The notes beneath the pieces were generated by a model. That model did not search any database. It was not told the DNA's origin and was given only the letters and a program-made list of their open reading frames with translations. From a virus: DNA of 64,000 nucleotides. The stretch covers positions 62,881 to 126,880 of the IMG/VR virus record IMGVR_UViG_3300020401_000014; one strand, given 5' to 3'. Position numbers and translations under genes: made by a program. Shown piece by piece: positions 60,004 through 64,000 of this stretch; the first letter of the stretch is position 1, and every line of letters begins with the position of its first letter.

Positions 60004-63000
60004 ATGGCCGATTTAACAATCAAACAGCTTGTAAAAAAAATAGCCGCATTTAAGGCTTTTATAGATCCGGATGGAGATGGTAATTTTGATAAATCATTTT
60101 CTCTTCTTAGGGCCTATACTAAAGCTGCTGAAACAGACGCCGCGTTTAATGCGATTGCTAATCTTAGTTTATTTAGAATATCTACTCAATATAATGAGGC
60201 GGGCTTTGGAGATAGTAATGATAGCGGCAGGGATGTGGATCTTGGTGGTACAGAAGGTTCTGTGAATTTAAGCCCTTTTGGAAGTGTTCAACCGCTCAAC
60301 CCTGATGACGACGAATCAACTCAAAATGCTCTTGGTTGGTACTGGCATAATGTGTTTGGGTGGTTTTGGTTTAGCTATCCGTGGATATATTCTACCAAAT
60401 ATAAAAGGTGGTTTTGGATAGGTCAATTAAAAAAGAAAAATGAGAAGCTGACGGGATGGGTTTGGAATCCTGATCTTGGGTGGCTTTGCGCGATAAGCGG
60501 AGGTATTTATAATCCAGGTCCACCTCCAACTGAAATTAACAAGGGTACTGGAAGTCTTGAGCCTGACGATGGTAATCTGGACGGCGAGCTAAACAACGAA
60601 AAAAATGGAGACCTTGGAGGTATTAATGAAAGTAGCGGAGACGATGGATCTGGAACCCCTGCGAGTAACGATTTAGATAAAAGATATTATGTTTCGCCTT
60701 GGGGTTGGTGTAGATGGGACGGCATTAGCGATGAAATTTATTTGGAAGATTACAAAGAGTGGATGTTGTTTCCTGAAGATGTTTCGTTTCCTCCTGACCC
60801 GACAGACTTTCCTATAAATGTAAAAATTGGACCTTTTGATACTGATGGAGGCGGAGGAAGTACAATAGTTTGTACGATAAACCCACCGAAACTAGAAGAG
60901 GGAGACGGTTCAGAGTTCACGGTTACAGGATATCCTCATGTAACCGACCCAACCAGCCCAACAGATCCAGAAGTTGACAATAAAACCAAGCCAACTGGAG
61001 TAGATCCAATATTGGCTACGGGCTGGGCTTACAATAAAACGTTTGGAACTTATTATGTGCCGCAAAATATAACTGCAGATAGCCTAGAATACAATGGAGA
61101 AAGTCACGTATGGGGAGATTCGGTGTTAGGAGATGCAGATGCAATTGAAGCTGTATATCAAACAGTTTTGGGGAGAGCTTCTGACTCTGGCGGGCTTGCT
61201 TATTATCTAACTTTGGATGTCACGCTCTATGATTTGGTGGGAATTTTTGTTGATAGTGACGAATACAAGGCAATGTCAAATCCGCCTGATGACCCTAGAA
61301 TAAAAATTAATTGGATTTATTCTGGATTTTGGGAAACATGGATATATATTGGCGAGCTGACGGGCCCTGACGCTTTAATTGGGTGGGTCTGGTTTGATTC
61401 AACCGAAACATGGTACTGGATTACTGATGGATTTATATTTATTCCTGGGTCATCAGAAATGAATTTTCTCACTGGCACAGGAGGTAGTACTCAAAATTTT
61501 GACGATTTTAATGGAGTGTCAACTAAAACTGGATCTAATTTTGAATTTCCAAAATTCACGAGCGGCGGAGGAACTGGAGTTGGAGGAGGAAACTTTGGGC
61601 CGTGTATTATATTTGCAGACAACAATCCCGCGACTAACGGATGGTTTTGGAGTTTTAGATTTGGGTGGATATATGGCAATCCAACTACTGGCTGGTATTA
61701 TATTTATAAGTGGAAGGATTGGTTTTGGTTTGGCGTCTGTGCTGACGGTTCTGGCTGGACATATTCTTTTTGGCACAGAATTTGGTTTTGGTGCTTTTTT
61801 GGAAAGCTTTCTACTGCAAGTGGGCAGTCACCTGAAGATTTAGGTGGAGGAGGAGTTACTATCGATGGATTTCCAGGAACAAAAACTGGAGGACCTTTTT
61901 CGGGGCCAAGCAACGCAGGTAACGGAGACGGAGAAAATTCAACTAGTAGCGGTCCAAACCCAATCACTAAAATTCCATCAAAGCCAGAGGCTGCTATAGA
62001 GTTAGGACTTAATATAATTGCTGATACTGTAACCGAGGTACTAACTACTACTACCGTGTCTCATCCAGATGGAGATTACGAAATTGCTGACCAAGTTAAT
62101 GTAACTGGTGGAGAATTTATTGGGCTCGACCCAGCAAACGGAACGGCAATAGAAAGCTGGGATTTTGATAGAATACTAAGCGTTGCAGATGTTAAGTTAA
62201 TTTATGATACAATATTTGGAGCAGCTAATCATACTTTTGTAGATGAGAATTCTGCTGACGGAGGTTACTGGGTTGGAAAAGAATCCAGCTTACTTTTTGA
62301 AAGCGACAATTTAAATGATGCATTTGATGGATCGCACGATCAAAGATATACAGATTCAATAAAAGACCTGTTGGTTGCTGAGCCAAATGAAAATGAAACA
62401 AAAGGATTTTCTAATGTAAAAAGTTTCTTTAAAGAAATAGACGAATCAACGCAAACATTTACTACTCCAGAAGATGCAATTTTGAGCCCTGCTACTCAAA
62501 ACGGATTCAGTGCATCTTGGAGAAAAGTAAAACCCGCATCAGCATACGCGGTTCAAATTTCTGATTCTCCAGCTTATTTAAGCCACGGAGGACAAAATTA
62601 TGAATGGTCAGATATGGTAAATCATGATTCTGCAAAGGTAGAGGCGATGTACCAAGTAATTCTCAATAGAGGTTCTGACCCTGGAGGTTTAGCTCACTAT
62701 ACATCATCAGAGTATGAATATACAACCTTATTTGATCTCGCCGACATTTTCCTTGGTAGCGCAGAATATCAAGGCATGTCTAGTCCTCCTGGTGATCCTC
62801 GTCCTGACGCAACTGAGTGGGCCACATTTTCGAGAACAGAATTTATAACAAGAAAAGAATTTAAATCATTTAGTAATTTAACTGCAGGCGAAACTTATTA
62901 TGTTAGAATTAAAGGTATTAATCAAAGCCTTAATACTGATTGGACTAAAACATTAATGGCTAAATTGCCTGATGGTCAAGCCCAGAGCCATCCGTTCTTG

Positions 63001-63009
63001 TACGATTAA
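60004..63009 (+). CDS. Modular surface or virion protein with Trp-rich repeats, two DUF4214-like domains and an Fn3-like C-terminus
   Basis: Start MADLT at 60004; YQTVLGRASDSGGLAYY and YQVILNRGSDPGGLAHY; SASWRKV...YAVQIS and LTAGETYYVRIKG. Confidence 0.6.
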   Translation: MADLTIKQLVKKIAAFKAFIDPDGDGNFDKSFSLLRAYTKAAETDAAFNAIANLSLFRISTQYNEAGFGDSNDSGRDVDLGGTEGSVNLSPFGSVQPLNPDDDESTQNALGWYWHNVFGWFWFSYPWIYSTKYKRWFWIGQLKKKNEKLTGWVWNPDLGWLCAISGGIYNPGPPPTEINKGTGSLEPDDGNLDGELNNEKNGDLGGINESSGDDGSGTPASNDLDKRYYVSPWGWCRWDGISDEIYLEDYKEWMLFPEDVSFPPDPTDFPINVKIGPFDTDGGGGSTIVCTINPPKLEEGDGSEFTVTGYPHVTDPTSPTDPEVDNKTKPTGVDPILATGWAYNKTFGTYYVPQNITADSLEYNGESHVWGDSVLGDADAIEAVYQTVLGRASDSGGLAYYLTLDVTLYDLVGIFVDSDEYKAMSNPPDDPRIKINWIYSGFWETWIYIGELTGPDALIGWVWFDSTETWYWITDGFIFIPGSSEMNFLTGTGGSTQNFDDFNGVSTKTGSNFEFPKFTSGGGTGVGGGNFGPCIIFADNNPATNGWFWSFRFGWIYGNPTTGWYYIYKWKDWFWFGVCADGSGWTYSFWHRIWFWCFFGKLSTASGQSPEDLGGGGVTIDGFPGTKTGGPFSGPSNAGNGDGENSTSSGPNPITKIPSKPEAAIELGLNIIADTVTEVLTTTTVSHPDGDYEIADQVNVTGGEFIGLDPANGTAIESWDFDRILSVADVKLIYDTIFGAANHTFVDENSADGGYWVGKESSLLFESDNLNDAFDGSHDQRYTDSIKDLLVAEPNENETKGFSNVKSFFKEIDESTQTFTTPEDAILSPATQNGFSASWRKVKPASAYAVQISDSPAYLSHGGQNYEWSDMVNHDSAKVEAMYQVILNRGSDPGGLAHYTSSEYEYTTLFDLADIFLGSAEYQGMSSPPGDPRPDATEWATFSRTEFITRKEFKSFSNLTAGETYYVRIKGINQSLNTDWTKTLMAKLPDGQAQSHPFLYD

Positions 63010-63039
63010 AAATAAATTATTTAAAAAAAATAAATAATA

Positions 63040-63999
63040 TTAACAATCACATTGATTGCTTTTTAGCTGTTCAATTTCAGATTTAAGTTCTTTAATTGCT
63101 TCTACTAATACTGGTACTAATTTTTCGTAATTAATGTATTTGTAGTCCGAATTGTCAAAGGTTTTAACCGCTTCTGGCATTATTTTTTCTGTAGCTTGAG
63201 CTGATAGTCCGACTTCTGATCTTCCAGAGTCAATTCCAAAAGCTTTAGCTTTATCGTTCCAGTCGAATGTGAAGCCTTCTAGGCTGCAAACTTTATCAAG
63301 TGCGGAATCAATTTTTAAAATGTTTGTTTTGAGGCGTTCGTCAGAAGCATTAGTCATAGCAACAACATCACCGGCAGCTAATAAACTGACCCCTGTAGTA
63401 TTTGATTGTGTTATTGTTAATGGGCCCTGCATGGTCTGCGCGCCATCGCTTGTGCTTACAAAGTCGGGAGAAAGAGAGTCACCAAGGTAGTTAACTACTG
63501 TGTTGTAGTTTACCCTAATAGGACTGGAATTGATACCATCATTGAATATAAAATCCCAGGCGCTAGCTACTAATGGAGCAAGCGTAAGCTCCTGAAAGTC
63601 TAGTTTTATAGTTGGGTTAACCGTGCTGGAGCCCGTTAAGTCTAGGCCGTTTCCGCCCACATTAACAGAAGTTACTGTTCCCGAAGGAATTGTAGGCTTA
63701 TTGGTAAGATCATTGTAGCTTCCTGAAAAATTCGAACCGCCCACGCCAAGACTTGCAGCGTTTGCTGCAGTTACAATCTCACTTCCAAAGGCGTATGCTT
63801 TATTGGTGTTTGAATTCAACTGAAGCGGATAAGGGGTTTCCCACTGATTGGTCGAATCAGTAATAGGATTATCTGTACCAGTCGCATCTCTGTCGGATAA
63901 TATATAAAAATTGCTACTGTTTGCATGAACATACCAATCGTCTTCGTCAGCACTGGTGTCATTAAATTTTATCGTGGGAAACTGACCCTTTAGGTGCAG
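63040..63999 (-). CDS. Tail fibre with a C-terminal intramolecular chaperone (Peptidase S74), 5'-truncated
   Basis: SDERLKTNI, FDWN, GLSAQ, PEAV, YEKLVPVLVEAIKEL; the frame stays open to the window edge. Confidence 0.88.
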   Translation of the reverse strand: MHLKGQFPTIKFNDTSADEDDWYVHANSSNFYILSDRDATGTDNPITDSTNQWETPYPLQLNSNTNKAYAFGSEIVTAANAASLGVGGSNFSGSYNDLTNKPTIPSGTVTSVNVGGNGLDLTGSSTVNPTIKLDFQELTLAPLVASAWDFIFNDGINSSPIRVNYNTVVNYLGDSLSPDFVSTSDGAQTMQGPLTITQSNTTGVSLLAAGDVVAMTNASDERLKTNILKIDSALDKVCSLEGFTFDWNDKAKAFGIDSGRSEVGLSAQATEKIMPEAVKTFDNSDYKYINYEKLVPVLVEAIKELKSEIEQLKSNQCDC

Positions 64000-64000
64000 A

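Noticed and set aside
1-64000. Stop-codon reassignment, introns or inteins
   Set aside because: Conserved genes (ligase, rIIA/B, UvsE, GuaC, dUTPase, RuvB) are full-length and uninterrupted in the standard code.

Overview
This window looks like a 64-kb internal fragment of a large, AT-rich tailed dsDNA phage genome. There are no rRNA or ribosomal-protein genes, the ORFs are short and dense, and the window carries rIIA/rIIB, tail-fibre genes, tRNAs and a tmRNA. A marine or aquatic host, possibly Verrucomicrobiota, is an inference from Trp-rich host-like surface repeats and glycan-sulfation genes. Layout: (i) 1-1.4 kb, minus-strand Hsp20 and an APS-kinase/cytidylyltransferase fusion. (ii) About 1.5-12.4 kb, an early/host-takeover-like region of tiny ORFs, mostly behind their own sigma70 promoters placed so the transcripts would be leaderless. 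Plus-strand genes (1.6-7.0 kb) and minus-strand genes (7.2 kb onward) converge on a 21-bp tandem repeat. (iii) 12.5-37 kb, minus-strand accessory, repair and replication genes: two HhH glycosylases, rIIB/rIIA, ATP-dependent ligase, an XhoI-like nuclease, UvsE, GT25, a macrodomain and RuvB. (iv) 38-56 kb, tRNA-Thr, tRNA-Gln, tmRNA, glycan-modifying enzymes, an ACP-domain protein and nucleotide metabolism genes. (v) 56-64 kb, virion and tail genes. The most unusual items read directly from the sequence are nine copies of a fixed-geometry 77-bp element (25-bp palindrome, exactly 27 bp, 25-bp palindrome), a tRNA-shaped RNA whose anticodon arm is replaced by a 75-nt segment, and a 183-nt rod-like ncRNA behind a perfect consensus promoter. 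All family assignments come from motif recognition by eye, and no database searches were run.
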